DNA of 64,000 nucleotides from Octopus vulgaris (lineage: Eukaryota), in contig OX597814.1 in the NCBI GenBank assembly GCA_951406725.2, forward strand, positions 161,944,001 through 162,008,000, in the 5' to 3' direction. This document shows, in pieces, positions 27,058 through 40,090 of the stretch. Each line of letters starts with the position of its first letter. The first letter of the stretch is position 1. The notes under the pieces are model-generated. The model searched no databases, was not told where the DNA came from, and was given only the letters and a program-made list of their open reading frames with translations. The position numbers and the translations under genes are program-made.

Positions 27058-27351
27058 ATCTTCGGGGAGGCTGATCTCCCTTTGCAGGCTGGCAAGGACA
27101 CCGAGATGGTGTCAGCCCTTCTGGTGACATTGAAGTTCGCCTGGGGCTAAATGCATCAGTAACACCCCCACCACCCCGCCCTGACCCTAGCCATATTCAG
27201 ATGGCTGATCCCCCTTATGTTATAGAGCAGTTACTGTTTATATCTCGCTCAGAGATTTATTATTGTTTTCGAACGGATTTTCTACGCCAGTGACTGTGGT
27301 TACTGTGAAAATCTATATATCCAGCCTGTAGAGGAAGTCCCTCAACGAAGA

Positions 27352-27415
27352 GCGGTGCTTACCATACGTTGACAAGAGGCAATAACCTCGAAACCGGTCC
27401 GTATGTAGTATCTGT
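27352..27415 (+). ncRNA. Minimal type I hammerhead ribozyme, copy 2 (U3-A8 variant)
   Basis: Identical core CATACG-TTGACAA-GAGG-CAATAA-CCTC-GAAA-CCGG-TC-CGTATG at 27363-27405; predicted cleavage after 27399. Confidence 0.8.
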
Positions 27416-27577
27416 ATCTTCGGGGAGGCTGATCTCCCTTTGCAGGCTGGCAAGGACACCGAGATGGTGTCAGCCCTTCTGGTGACGTTGATGTTCGCCT
27501 GGGGCTAAATGCATCAGTAACACCCCCACCACCCCGCCCTGACCCTAGCCACATTCAGATGGCTGATCCCCCTTATG

Positions 27578-27615
<38 letters not shown>

Positions 27616-28057
27616 TCACACACACGCGTATATAAATATACACAACACAGATGCATGTATACATAGATACACACATAATTACCTTCATATATATATATAT
27701 ACACATATATACATATACATGTGTGTGGGGGGGGGTAATAAAAAGAGCAGAAAATTTTTTTGATATTTTTACATTTTAAAAAGCAGGATAGAAAAGCTTC
27801 ATCCATGTTACTTTAAGAGAATGATCAGTTGATGGCATTGCTCAAAATCAAGTTGCAATAATCCTATATATATATGTGTGTGTACATGCACACACATTTT
27901 CTCACACATATACACACACACACGCGCACACACACACACACACACATACACACACACACCACACACACCGCGCACACAGACACACACACACACAAATACA
28001 TGCACATTCTTGTAAATAGGCTACAGCTTTACTTTGAGTGTGTGTGCACGCACAATA

Positions 28058-28090
<33 letters not shown>

Positions 28091-28307
28091 CATGCTTTGC
28101 TATGTACACAATATGAATAGGCTATGATTTTACTATACTGTTAAATGCACATTTGAAGACATAATAAAAGAGTCTATTTTCTCAGGGAACTGATTTCTTA
28201 ACCAGATTTTGATACCTTGTGGAGAAATTCTTCCTTTAGGATACTAAATGAAAGAAGTAATAGCACAACACAACTTCAGTTCTTGTTGTATGTGCATGCA
28301 TAATATT

Positions 28308-28755
28308 CTTTTCTATTCTAGGCACAAGGCCCGAAAAGTTTGGGGAGGGGGCCAGTTGATTAGATGAACCCCAGTATGCAACTGGTACTTAAATTATCGC
28401 CCCTGAAAGGATGAAAGGCAAAGTCGATCTCGGCAGAATTTGAACTCTGAATGTAAAGACAGATGAAATACTGCTAAGCATTTTGCCTGGTATGCTAACG
28501 TTTCTGCCAGCTTGCCGCCTCTTGCATGCATAATATTAGTTAGAAGTTTATGGTGAGGGGTAAGTTGATTACATGGTGAGGAGTAAGTTGATGCCATTGA
28601 CCCCAGTGCTCAACCAATACATACTGTATCAACCCCAAAAGGACGAAAGGCAAAGTCAACCTCAGTGGCATTTGAACTTGGAACATAAAGATGGTCGAAA
28701 TGCTGCTATGCATTTTGTCAGGTGTGCCAATCATCCTGCCAGCTCACCTCCTTAA
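28308..28755 (-). mobile_element. Two tandem SINE family 1 copies sharing a target site
   Basis: Copies at 28308-28522 and 28538-28755. TGCATGCATAATATT occurs at 28293 and 28523, and TGTATGCATAATATT at 28756. Confidence 0.85.
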
Positions 28756-28821
28756 TGTATGCATAATATTAAAAGATAAATAGATGCTTACTGAATACAT
28801 ATTTTGTGTATTGATCTATCC

Positions 28822-28825
<4 letters not shown>

Positions 28826-28854
<29 letters not shown>

Positions 28855-29255
28855 TGTATGTATGTGTGTGTGTATGTATGTATGTGTGTGTGTATGTATG
28901 TATGTATGTATGTATGTATGTATGTATGCATGTATGTATGTGTGTATGTGTGTATGTATGTATGTATGCATGTATGTATATATGTATGTATGTATGTATG
29001 TATATATGTATGTATGTATGTATGTATATATATATGCATGTATGTATGTATGTATGTATGTATGTGTGTATGTATGTATGTATATGTGTATGTATATATG
29101 TATGTATGTATGATGATGATGATGATGATGTATGCATGTATGTATGTATGTATGTATGTATGTATGTATGTATGTATGTATGTATGTATGCATGTATGTA
29201 TGTACGTATGTATGTATGCATGTATGTATGTATGTATACATGAGTGTGTGTGTGT
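28826..29255. repeat. Long (TATG)n microsatellite with embedded (GAT)n
   Basis: Read directly. Confidence 0.95.
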
Positions 29256-29578
29256 TTGTTTCTAAATATATGGATAGCATAAATATATGTGTGGCATAAA
29301 TATATGTGTGACATAAATGTATGCATGGCATGCATAAATTTTATCACATAACCAGCTAGTTTCTAGCATTTGGTTGATAATTTTCATGCTATATGATCTG
29401 CCCACTTCATAGCTAACTTTGTACAGCAAAGACAACAACAAAAGCATAAATTGAAGACAGAAAGAAACTTCTCAATGAATGACAGCTAAATTATTGACCA
29501 AGTATCTATCAGTTGAAGGAAGAATATATCATGCTCATTTCTAATATACTTTATCAAATAAATCAGCTATCTTGGTTA

Positions 29579-29615
<37 letters not shown>

Positions 29616-30778
29616 AGTATAACCCATGCTAGCATGGAAAACGGACGCTAAACGATGATGATGATGATATATATTGTTGGCATCCTTTTTGTCTCGGGAG
29701 ACATATATGTATATATATATATATATATATATACTCATTTTTCCATCCCACACATTAATGTCTACTACGAGAGCCTGTGCTTAGTGACATCAGCACAATA
29801 TTCTTTAAAACATTCGTTTCCATCAAAGAATTAGTTTTCATGTACTGACATTTGATTTTTTTTTTTTTAATATTGTTAATATTTTGTCATTTTAATGTAC
29901 TTAGTAAAACTGTCATTTGTATCAATAGAAATTTCAAAAATAGAATTACTTTGACGTTGTAGCCATCTTTTCTGATTATCATTTAGCAATTTGGATACAC
30001 TTTATTCTAAGATAAAAAAATTTAAATTCTGCTTAGTATGCAGCTGTGTTTTAATTATGCTGAAACTATCAATTATGCACTTTTTCACTCAGACTAATAC
30101 ATGTTTTTTTAAGGATTACTAACCATATCATTTGTTAAAATCTTATTCCAGTCACTATATTGTACCCAAGGACAGGAATTGCAATTCCAAGTCTTTGTTT
30201 TAGAATTTTCTGAAGTCTTTTTAATTTTGTTTGCTTGTTGTTAACTTTTTCTAAATTTGAAAATTCAAATTTATATTACTGAAAGGTTTTCATAAAGTAA
30301 AATCAGGTAGTGAAAATAAAGTCAGAAATTTTTTCAAACTGATTTTGAAATTTAAATTCAAATCAGGTTTCAATAAAATGTAAAATTCAAATTTTAATCA
30401 ATAAAAAGATTATCAATTTTATACTGAATTTTGATTTGTCTCATATTTCATCTTTGGATACTTGCTTTTCAAATTTTATTTGAAATACATCTCACTTTTA
30501 TCAATTAGTAATTTTAAACTGTAAAATAAGTAAAAAAAAAAAAAAAAAAGAGGCAAATTGCAAGTAAAATTATCTCCATTCAAAATTCTAATTGTTTGTT
30601 CAACTAGAGAAGGCCCATAACTCTACTTACTCATGTTTCTGAAGTTTCTTTCCTAATTCACATAAATTTTATCATATAACCATAGAAACCAAGCCAAAGT
30701 AGACACAAGTATAATGCACTCCTCTAACCCATTAGATACTGTCAAACCATTCATCCCATGCCAGTATAGAAGATAGAC

Positions 30779-31142
30779 AAGGCAGCGTGATGGCAGAAAC
30801 ATTAGCATGCCGAGCAAAATGCGTAGCCGTATTTCATCTGCTGTTATGTTCTGAGTTCAAATTCCGCTGAGGTCAACTTTGCCTTTCATCCTTTCAGGAT
30901 CGATAAATTAAGTACCAGTTACACACTGGGGTCGATGTAATCGACTTAATCCTTGTGTCTGTCCTTGTTTATCCCCTCTGTGTTTAGCCCCTTGTGGGTA
31001 GTAAAGAAATAGGTATTTCGTCAGAATTCTGAGTTCAAATTCTGCTGAGGTCAACTTTGTCTTTCATCCTTTTGGAGTCGATAAGTTAAGTACCAGTTAA
31101 GTTAAGGCCCGAAAATTTCAGGCCTTGTGCCTGGAGTAGAAA
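30779..31142 (+). mobile_element. SINE family 1 fused to a second partial copy
   Basis: Full head and body to ~31010, then a second GAGTTCAAATTC..GTACCAG segment; flanking AGTAT(A/G)GAAGATA direct repeat. Confidence 0.8.
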
Positions 31143-31339
31143 AGTATGGAAGATAAGCATTAAAAGCTGCTGCCGCTGCCGCTGCCACTGGCCATTGTTG
31201 CTGCTACTACTACTACTGCCACTGCTACTACTGCTGCTACTGCTGAGTTATTGCCCACTTGAAGGAGATTTAGCAAATATTTCAAGCAGATTGTGCATTC
31301 ACATACAGACATCCATCATTAGCTCATTAGCTCAGACAA

Positions 31340-32102
31340 TCACCTTTGCAGATGAAATGACCTTGGCCTTCTTTGGAGCCAGTGAGGAGCAGGGTGTTTC
31401 CACTACATGGATTTTTCTTTGTCTCTGGCTTAAAGTGATGAACCCAATAATCATCCTGTTTTGGAAACGTTCAAGGAAATCAGCTGGATCTGCCTCAAAC
31501 AATTTCAGATTTTCCCATGATCAGCCTGGTGTGCTTATGATCAGGTGTCAGAAGACATGGCAGCTACTGAACAGAAACTGTCATCATGCCAAGTTCACTG
31601 TGCAGACTATTCTCAACTCTTTCACAGGATACGTTAATAGTATTGGCTATTTGATTTATAGTCAATCACCTGTCACCCATCCCCATGTGGTGAACATGAT
31701 TAATGTTTTCCTCAGTGGTGGAAGTTGCAAGACTTCCAGACCTTGAGTCACCTTCAACATTCTCCCTTCCCTTCCCCTACTAAGTTCAGCTACCCACTTT
31801 TGTACTGGTGATAAAGCTGGAGTGTCATCCTCTAGTGTAACAACCATTTCAGCATGAATGTTGTTGGAGGCATAACCCTTTTTCTACAGGTACTCTACAC
31901 CACAATGCCAAATTTTGTCCATTTTCAAGAGAAGTCACTACTAGTTACTTTTGAAGTGCTCTTTGAACAGTCAGATATCAGTTTACCTGAAAAGAAACAT
32001 TGCAGTTATTAATAAGTAGAGTCGAAATTAATGCATGCAAGATATCACAGCTGTAGCATGACTCTTTTGTAGTCATCCTATGAATTTTTCAGCCCACCCT
32101 CA
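31340..32102 (-). mobile_element. 5' half of mariner family A
   Basis: TIR CCTATGAATTTTTCAGCCCACCCTCA|TA at the right end; DDTPALSPVQKWVAEL; homologous to ~12794-13550. Confidence 0.88.
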
Positions 32103-32229
32103 TAGTTAATGGAAGATGAACATGATTTTTACAGCATAGAAATCCTACTGGAACCAGATAAGCTAGGATTTAATGCAGGGATTATAAATGATAGCAGGAG
32201 ATCTCCAAAAATAAAATTAGAGTAGAATT

Positions 32230-33250
32230 AATAGGGTAGAGAAAGGAGATAGCTATAGAAAGAATTGACAAGAGAGTGGTTAATAACTAATTTAGAAGGG
32301 GCTGTTAGAATGGTCTTTACTACCAAAATGGTAGTACCAACAAATGGTAGCAAATGACATGTGATCATTTGTTTGACATTGTTCTTTGCATTGTTCAAAC
32401 TAATGTGCATTTCCTAAAGTACTGATTGATCTAGGTAGCAGAAGCACATTATAAAACTGAGGTTTTGATAGGTAATGTAGGGTGTATAATGTCCAATTCC
32501 AAGTGGATGTAAGTAGCTTTTTAACAGCACTTTGTTGAACTGCCCTGGAAAAGAGGTGGGTAATAGATGGTGGACTTCTTCTATAGTCAGCTGCAAATCA
32601 CCAAGGGAAGGAGTGGAGTGGTGTGCAAATGCAGTTTCAGTTTTTCAAGTAACAAACATTTTATCTAGTTGCGCAAGGAGTAAATTTCCAGAACTGAATA
32701 GTTTTCCCTACTTCACTGTAGCATGCTATATTTGTTCATTCTTCTCTTAGCAGAAGTGTTTTAGAACTAGAATCAGTTCAGATAAATGGAATTCCAGCTG
32801 TATGAGCTGATGAGTTGTGGAATTACTGAGGCAGGATGTAAACAAGAACTACATTACAGAAAATGTCAGGCCTGTTACTCAATTAAATAGAGAGTTTAAA
32901 ATTTTTGCCAAGGTTGGTACTTTTTATGAATAGTATTGTTGGCCCTGCACTAACCTGTGCAGTCAGGGACAGACTTGTCATGAACAACCTTCAGCATATG
33001 TAATACATTGTAGAGAGGTTTTGTTCTTGATCAGGTTTTAGGGTAGCACTGATCAATCTGGAATCATTTAAAATGTTCCATAGAGTTTACAAGTGGTACC
33101 TGCTGGCTGTATAATATACAATCAGTTTCAGTTAGGTATTTAAGGATGGGACAGCTGCATTGTTCAGTTGCATTTTATTTGTGTTTGTAGAGGTAAATAG
33201 CCACCTAATAGAACAGTTTAATATTGAGCACTCAGACTGTCTGATAATAC
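32230..33250 (-). mobile_element. Probable old non-LTR retrotransposon remnant
   Basis: Higher-complexity sequence with weak RT-like fragments (LQLTIEEVHHLL); no clear catalytic motif. Confidence 0.3.
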
Positions 33251-34399
33251 ATAATGGAGGAGATATTTATCACTTCTGTTTATCTTTCAACATTTGATTC
33301 CTCTCAGCCCAATTCTGGATGAGACTGGCAGCCCCATCATCCTAGATCCAATTCCCCTGGTGGTCGGGGCCAAACCAACCCCAAACACTTTAACCTGACT
33401 GTTGTTCCAGTGACTGTCATCACTGCACCTGGCAGATATGAACTTGCATTTCCAGGTGTCTAGTTGCAAGCACACTAATTTGTTTTGATTAATGAGTGTT
33501 CTTTTACCAACCTAATATTCATTCAGTATGGTGTCGACCACCTCAATTTCCATTCTGTCCTGCATCATAACATTAAATATGTATATGTCAGTGAATAAAA
33601 TGTTATATTCAATTCATCATATTTCCAACAATAATACATTAATTATGAAATAATTGTGTCTTTAAAGAATGGAAGACTGTTTACACTTAAATATCGAAGT
33701 AAAACAAAGTATGATTCCTTACCACAAGTCATTGTTATCGAACTGCATCGAACTGCATGCCAGACACAACAAAGTCATCATTTGACTGGTAGAATATTGT
33801 TTAGTTATACAAGGTAAATGCTGTACCAGTTAACAAAACAACATTGAAAGACAAAATTCATGATGTGCTAGAGTTTTGTTCTGAACTGTCAGGCTACCTT
33901 TTTTTTCATATAACTAAAATAGTTGGTATTTCGCAAAGAAATATAATGAAACATTGATAATTGTTACAACAATGGCTTTATTTAATAAACTAAGTATAAA
34001 TTACAACCATATTTGTCTTTAGTTCATTTTATATCCAACTCCATTAACACATCCTCGGAATCTGCATTTATAATCATTGTCTTCAATTTAAGCTCATTTT
34101 AGGTGTCAACATAGAATAGTTGAGTCATTTATTCCAAAGTACATTCAGGCCAAGGACTATGAAACAACTTCAAGAAATCTCTGTAGGAGTCAAATGCAGG
34201 CTTCACTAGTTTGGCATAATCTTTACAAGCATGGAAGTACCACTAGTTTCCATGTTGGTCATCATGATCAGCATTATTAGGATACACATTCTCTACTACA
34301 CTAAGGTAATTTTGTAACCTGAAAAAAGAATAGATTTAAAGTTATTTAGCCACATCAAAGGCATTCCAGTCATGCTGTACAATACTATCCAAAGAAAAA

Positions 34400-34725
34400 G
34401 GGTAAAGACTCCCTTCATTCATGAATAACCATGGGATTGTACCTAGAAAGTTCCCCTCTGAAACACAATGTTATCCAAGGCAAAGGCCAATACCATTTGG
34501 TACCAGTCATGTCACAACTCATTTCTACACCCTTTTTCCCATGCCACCAATGTTATCCAAGAGAAAGGCAAAGGCCAATACAGTTTGGTACCAGTGATGT
34601 CACAACTCATTTCTACAGCTGAGTGAACTGGAGCAATGTGAAATAAAGTGTCTTGCTCAAGATCACAACACAATTCGGTCCAGGAATTGAACTCTCTACC
34701 TCATGATTGTTAGCTTGATGTTGTC
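34400..34725 (-). mobile_element. Degenerate SINE (third family) with internal ~65-bp duplication
   Basis: Minus strand has a GAGTTCAATTCC B box followed by CTTGAGCAAGACACTTTATTTCACATTGCTCCAG. CAATGTTATCCAAG..CAACTCATTTCTACA occurs twice (~34467 and ~34548). Confidence 0.55.
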
Positions 34726-37305
34726 TTCACAAAACTAAAGTATCCTTTTTTATAAGATAGTAGGATGTGAATTAAGGGAGCTTTTGACTGCTATTTCTAG
34801 CAGAGTGAGCGACTATGAAATGGCTTCTTCATTGAGTTGAGTATCTTTGGGATTGTAGTTACCTCTTTTGTTTGAGACTGTTTATAGATGTACATATACA
34901 AGGGGCACTATTTTACATACCACACCTCTGATTTACCAGTGAGGTAAAGCAACAAGGGAACATCCGTATAGTTGCTCAATCTGCTAGAAATAGCAACCCA
35001 ATTCTTCTTAGTTCAGCCTTTTTATCAACTTGAAAAAGAATGAACACTGGATGATGTAGTACTGAATACATTATCTAAAAATCAGATGGGACAGTTAATG
35101 CTGATCATTAGTCTCCTTAATTAGAGATAACCTCAAGCTAACTTTTATAAGTAGAAGGTCCTTCATGTTTACTTTCAGTGTGTTTTCTTACTGATCTTCT
35201 GACCCTGAGATCATAGGGACATTTTTTGTTATTATACCTCTAATTTTAATTATTTCCTCCTGGGAAATTTTTCAATCTCCTTCATAGAAATGTTTTTATT
35301 GATTGAACAAACACATCAATCAATGTGAAAATACTGCCTTTTCTTTTGTGTTTGGAGAAATGTCAGAATGAATCTGCTCCCTTTTTTTCTGTTTGTGTGT
35401 ATTTATACTTCTGAGATGGCAGTAATGTTCTATTTTCTACTATAACCTCTGATCAATTTCTATACTGATTTTCTTTCAAAGGAATTCTGTTTCTTTTGGG
35501 GTGGAGTGACATATTTTCAATGTTCATTGAAGCATTTTGCTGGCCTTGGACATCTATTTAAAAGGTGGACTAAAAGCTAGCCACATATTGCATGCAGACT
35601 TGATGTTTTGCTGTAACATGTAATCTTTATAGCACAAAGATTTTAACTTTTATAGAATTTTTTTATTGATTTCAAAGAAAGAAAGGGTTAGTGACCATTG
35701 CGTCTACAGTTCCTCAGTTAATGTCTCTCATGAATAGTTACAAGTTGATGTCTGCTGGAAAATTGGGCAAGGTCTGGAATTCTAGAAGGTTGACTTTCTT
35801 AAGAGCAGGGACTGAGATTAGAGGTTAAAGGCTTAACAAACCAGTAATTATTTAGATTTTTGTTGCCAATTTCAGATATACATTTTGGAGAAACAGATAG
35901 TAGTTCCATTGGTTGTCACAGTCAAATTTATTTATTTCATTTATTTATGAGGAGCAGGGTTGGATTTGTCCTCTGAAAGGTTTAAGTTTTCTCTTGCAAA
36001 GCTTGTTTTATAATCATTCTTATTTCTTTCACTTCCATCTTCATGTTTTGCCACTCATTGCAAGTATCGTAGGAGTTGTTCAACCCTTTATCAGTTCTGA
36101 AATTGATGATCAAAACCATTCCAACCATGACCATTCTGCCATTTTTCTCAGCTCAGTGCATGCTACATCACAGTACCTAACATGTTCTCCTTTTTGATAA
36201 GAACTAAGTGTACTTTAGGAAATATTTGGCAACTATTTCTAGCATATCTAGCGACCACTAGAAGGTTCCATCATTGGCTCAATGTACATTTTGTTATTAT
36301 TCCTATTTATGCTATGTATTCTTATGCTTTCTTTAGTCTCTACAGAGTTTCATTTCTTGATTTTGTCATTGTTGTGAGCTATGATGCAATGGCTGGTATG
36401 TGGAAGAGGGAGACCTAGGAAGACAGGGGACAAAGTACTGAGGGGTAACCTCAGGATGCAGCACCTTTCAGACGAGATGACAAAGGACCAAGATACGTGG
36501 CACCTGGCTGTACTCAAGAAGACTTGCACTCCACAGTAGAAGTATTAAAGCCACCCCCACCCCCTGCCAGCTCCAGTCAAACCATCTAACCTGTGCTAGC
36601 ATAGAAAATAGATATTAAATGATGATGATGATGATGATTGATGATGTAGCTGGAAAATATGAAGGTGCAACCCAGAGGCCCAGTGCTTTTGATATACTAT
36701 ATCCTCTTTCACTCACTCACTCTCTCTCTCCTTCTCCCACCTCTCTCTCTCCTCTCTCTCATCAAGGTTTATTCTGTGTATCCCAAGATACAGTGGTTTA
36801 TCACATGGAGAACAATGTAATATAGTCTGTATTAGCCTTCATATATATAATTGTTCTGATAAGACCAGATATTTGGAGGAAAGAGTGATTTTAGTGACTC
36901 CAGTATTTTGATCAGTAATTTATTCTATCAACGCTTGGAAGTAAAAAAGTTAATCACAATATGAAGGAAAGTATTCAACCATTTAAAGAGGTTTTAAAAA
37001 CAACTTCTTTCTCTAGTTTGCCTTGGTGTATAAAACAGGACATGTACATTAAGCTTTGTGATATAGTTTACTAAGCAATGAGTAGAGTTCAGGGCAAACT
37101 AGTGCAGGTTAGAATCAGCAAATAATGAGTACAAACAGTTCAAAATGGATTAAATCAATTTTTTAGGAGGGAACAGATAAGTCTGAAGTTTCATTTCTAC
37201 CCTTTCTGGAAATCATTTATATTTCTTCCAGCAAAAGATTTGTCCAAAATGTTAGACCTTTTTTCCTTTTCCTTACAGTAAATCAATTTATTCCTCCCTT
37301 TGAAC

Positions 37306-37760
37306 TCATCATCATCATCGTTTAACGTCCGTTTTCCATGCTAGCATGGGTTGGACGGTTCGACCGGGGTCTTGGAAGCCAGGAGGCTGCACCAGGCTCC
37401 AGTCTGATCTGGCAGTATTTCTACAGCTCGATGCCCTTCCTAAAGCCAACCACTCCGTGAGTGTAGTTGGTGCTTTTTACGTGCCACCCGCACAGATGCC
37501 AGGGGAGGCTGGCAATGGCCACGATTGGTTGGTGCTTTCTATGTGCCACTGGCACAGGTATCACAACTACAATTTCCATTTGATTTTTTGATGTTGATGT
37601 ACTTGACTCAATAGGTCTCCTCAAGCACAGCAGGTCACCCTACGATCCAAGGTAAGCTCAGAAGGCCATCCTGCGATGCAAGGCACTTTGGATTGGCTGG
37701 GGCATTTATGTGAAGCTGGTGCAGGAAACAGCCATGAACTCACGTTATTTGTCGGGTCTT
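37306..37760 (-). mobile_element. Young RTE LINE 3' end
   Basis: (CAT)n-CGTTTAACGTCCGTTTTCCATGCTAGCATGGGTTGGACGG with CpGs intact. Confidence 0.75.
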
Positions 37761-39289
37761 CTTTGTTATTGAGAAGCTGTTCACATTCAAATTTATTACA
37801 TTAAAACTGTAGGTTACTACTGGATGAAGGGTGATAGAAATGATGTTGTAGAGTGTACACTTCAATGTCATTTATATGTTTTTATTCTGTTTAATTTACT
37901 ATTTAATATTCTAAGCAGATCAGCTCCTCTATTATGGGATATTTCTTTGGATCTTTGCTGATACTATGTACTTGTACACCTCAACTGTTATTATCCAAGC
38001 CAATGAGGAGGCCTCTAGATGATCATTCAGCTTGCAAGAAATTACAACCAAATCATCCTCAAATCTCACCTCATCATCTTGGAAAAAGCACATTGTATAA
38101 TCTTGCACATAGAAAAAAAGGTGGGATGGTCACTGTTGGAATGCTTTTGATCACAGCTCTACATGAATTAGAACTGACCTGGTGCTAAACAAAAACAAAT
38201 ATTATTTAATGTCTTGTCATAATTCCAGCTTCAGTGTTTACTAATTTGATTAGGCTGCCTTGTCAAAGAGTGGTTCAGGCACATTTGTCAAAACTAACTT
38301 TCAATAGCAATATCAAAGCTAAAATGCTTAACTCTGTTTCAAAAAAGATATTCCAAGCGTGTCTCTCAATTACCATTCAACTTTATATCTTCTATTTAAA
38401 GCAGATGATTTATCTTGATTCTGTTGACTTTCTAGCTATATCTGGTAGAATATAGAGCTGTGGTTAATGGAGCAAGAACTAGGCAGAATAATTGTAGGTA
38501 TAAAGTCTCCATGGAATATTCTGTTCATCTAATTTGTTTGAGTGACCTCACTGTTATTTTGTGTTACATTTGTCCTCCATTTACGCATGCTGGTTTTCAA
38601 GAAACCAACAACTAACAATAATAATATGAACATTTTCATAGATTCTTCAATGAGGGTATTTCCATAAATAATCAAAGCAGTATTTGTTTTTTTTCTTTTT
38701 GGTTTTTGTCTAAAGTTTTCATACATTATTTTGTTCATTAAGAACTTGTCAATGTGGTTGTACATTCGTTCTTAGTTATTAATATTTTTGTATATTAGCT
38801 GAACAGGTTTCACATCATCTCTGGTATGTTTTTTATGACTGAATGCCCTTCCTACCTCCTTGCTATATTATAATTATATTTAGAAATTCAAATAAGAAAA
38901 AAAAGAGTAATAGAATTTCAAGATATATATTTCAAGACATTGATAAATCTTACTTTTCGATTTAGTCTTAAAGATAATTGGATAGATAATTGGTTTATAA
39001 GCTCTGGTATCATTTGTGTTTTTGCTTTAATACCTATTTCTCTGTACCTATATGAAAAATATTTGTTGAAGCAAAATTCTTTACATTCAGATGTTCTTCC
39101 TGGTGCCACCATTCACTTGTTTCTAAGAAATGTAATAATGTTTATATGACTGTGAAATTTGTTTACAATTAATGCACTATGTCAAGACAGAGAGACACAT
39201 ATGCAAACCATAAATAATACATATATTTGTATGTGTATGCGTGATGTGTGTGTGCATGCGTGCATGTGCACATACATGTATATGCAACA

Positions 39290-39440
39290 GACTTCTTTCC
39301 AGTTTACACTTACTTGATTTATTCATAAAGCTTTGCTTAACCCAGTGCTTTAGTAGAAGACACTTGTACAAGATCTTACACAGTGGGACTGAACTTGAAA
39401 CCACATGTTTGCAAAGTGAACTTCTCAATCATGTAGCCAT
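39290..39440 (-). mobile_element. Degenerate SINE family 2 fragment
   Basis: AGTAGAAGACACTTG..CAGTGGGACTGAAC..ACCACATG is the reverse complement of the family head. Confidence 0.6.
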
Positions 39441-39496
39441 GAGAAATAAATATAACTGTAAGTCATTAAGAATAGATAAATTTCTGATAATCTAGA

Positions 39497-40090
39497 TCAT
39501 CATTTAATGTCCATTGTCCATGCTGGCATGGGTTGGACGGTTTGACCAGGGTCGGTAAGCTGAGGGGCTGCATCAAACGCCAGTCTGATTTGGCATGGTT
39601 TCTATGCCAACCACTCTGTGAGTGTAATGGGTGCCTTTTACGTGCCAGAGGCACAGGTAGCAGTTATGTGACACTGGCATCAGCTACATTGCCTCTGTGA
39701 GGTCCAACACTTGAATGGTGCTTTTTATGTGCCACTGGCATGGGTGCCAGTTATGTGATACCAGCATTGGCTATGACTACGATTTCCCTTGGCTTGATGG
39801 GTCTTCTCAAGCACAGCATATTGCCAAAGGTCTCGGTCACTAGTCATTGCTTCCATGAGGTCCAATGTTCAAAGATCATGCTTCTTCACCTTGTCCCATG
39901 TCTTCCTGGGTCTACCTCTGCCACAGGTTCCCTCCACAGATAGAGATTGGCACTTCTTTACACAGTTGTCGTTATCCATATGCATTACATGATCATACAG
40001 CACAGCTGTCCCTCTTGCACACCACACCTGATGCCTCTTATGCCCAACTTTTCTCTCAAGATGCTCACACTCTGTTGTACAGGCATACTA
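39497..40090 (-). mobile_element. RTE LINE 3' portion linking the RT C-terminus to the (GAT)-tailed 3'UTR
   Basis: Minus strand reads VEGTCGRGRPRKTWDKVKKHDL, followed by the shared 3'UTR and tail. Confidence 0.8.

Larger units (their letters stand above)
26652..27582 (+). mobile_element. Hammerhead-containing retrozyme / non-autonomous Penelope-like element: inverted arm + tandem 358-nt units, inserted in (TA)n
   Basis: 26652-26900 is the near-perfect reverse complement of 27018-27266. 26901-27258 is repeated at 27259-27582 (period 358). Both flanks are (TA)n; the element is GC/CpG-rich and each unit contains a hammerhead fold. Confidence 0.85.

Noticed and set aside
26817-27554. ORFs of 65 and 70 aa within the hammerhead element
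   Set aside because: They start at GTG/ATG within repeat arms, one crosses the inversion junction, and neither has a recognisable domain.
31195-31746. 183-aa ORF with a signal-peptide-like poly-Leu start
   Set aside because: It is a (CTG/CTA)n repeat fused to the antisense strand of a mariner.
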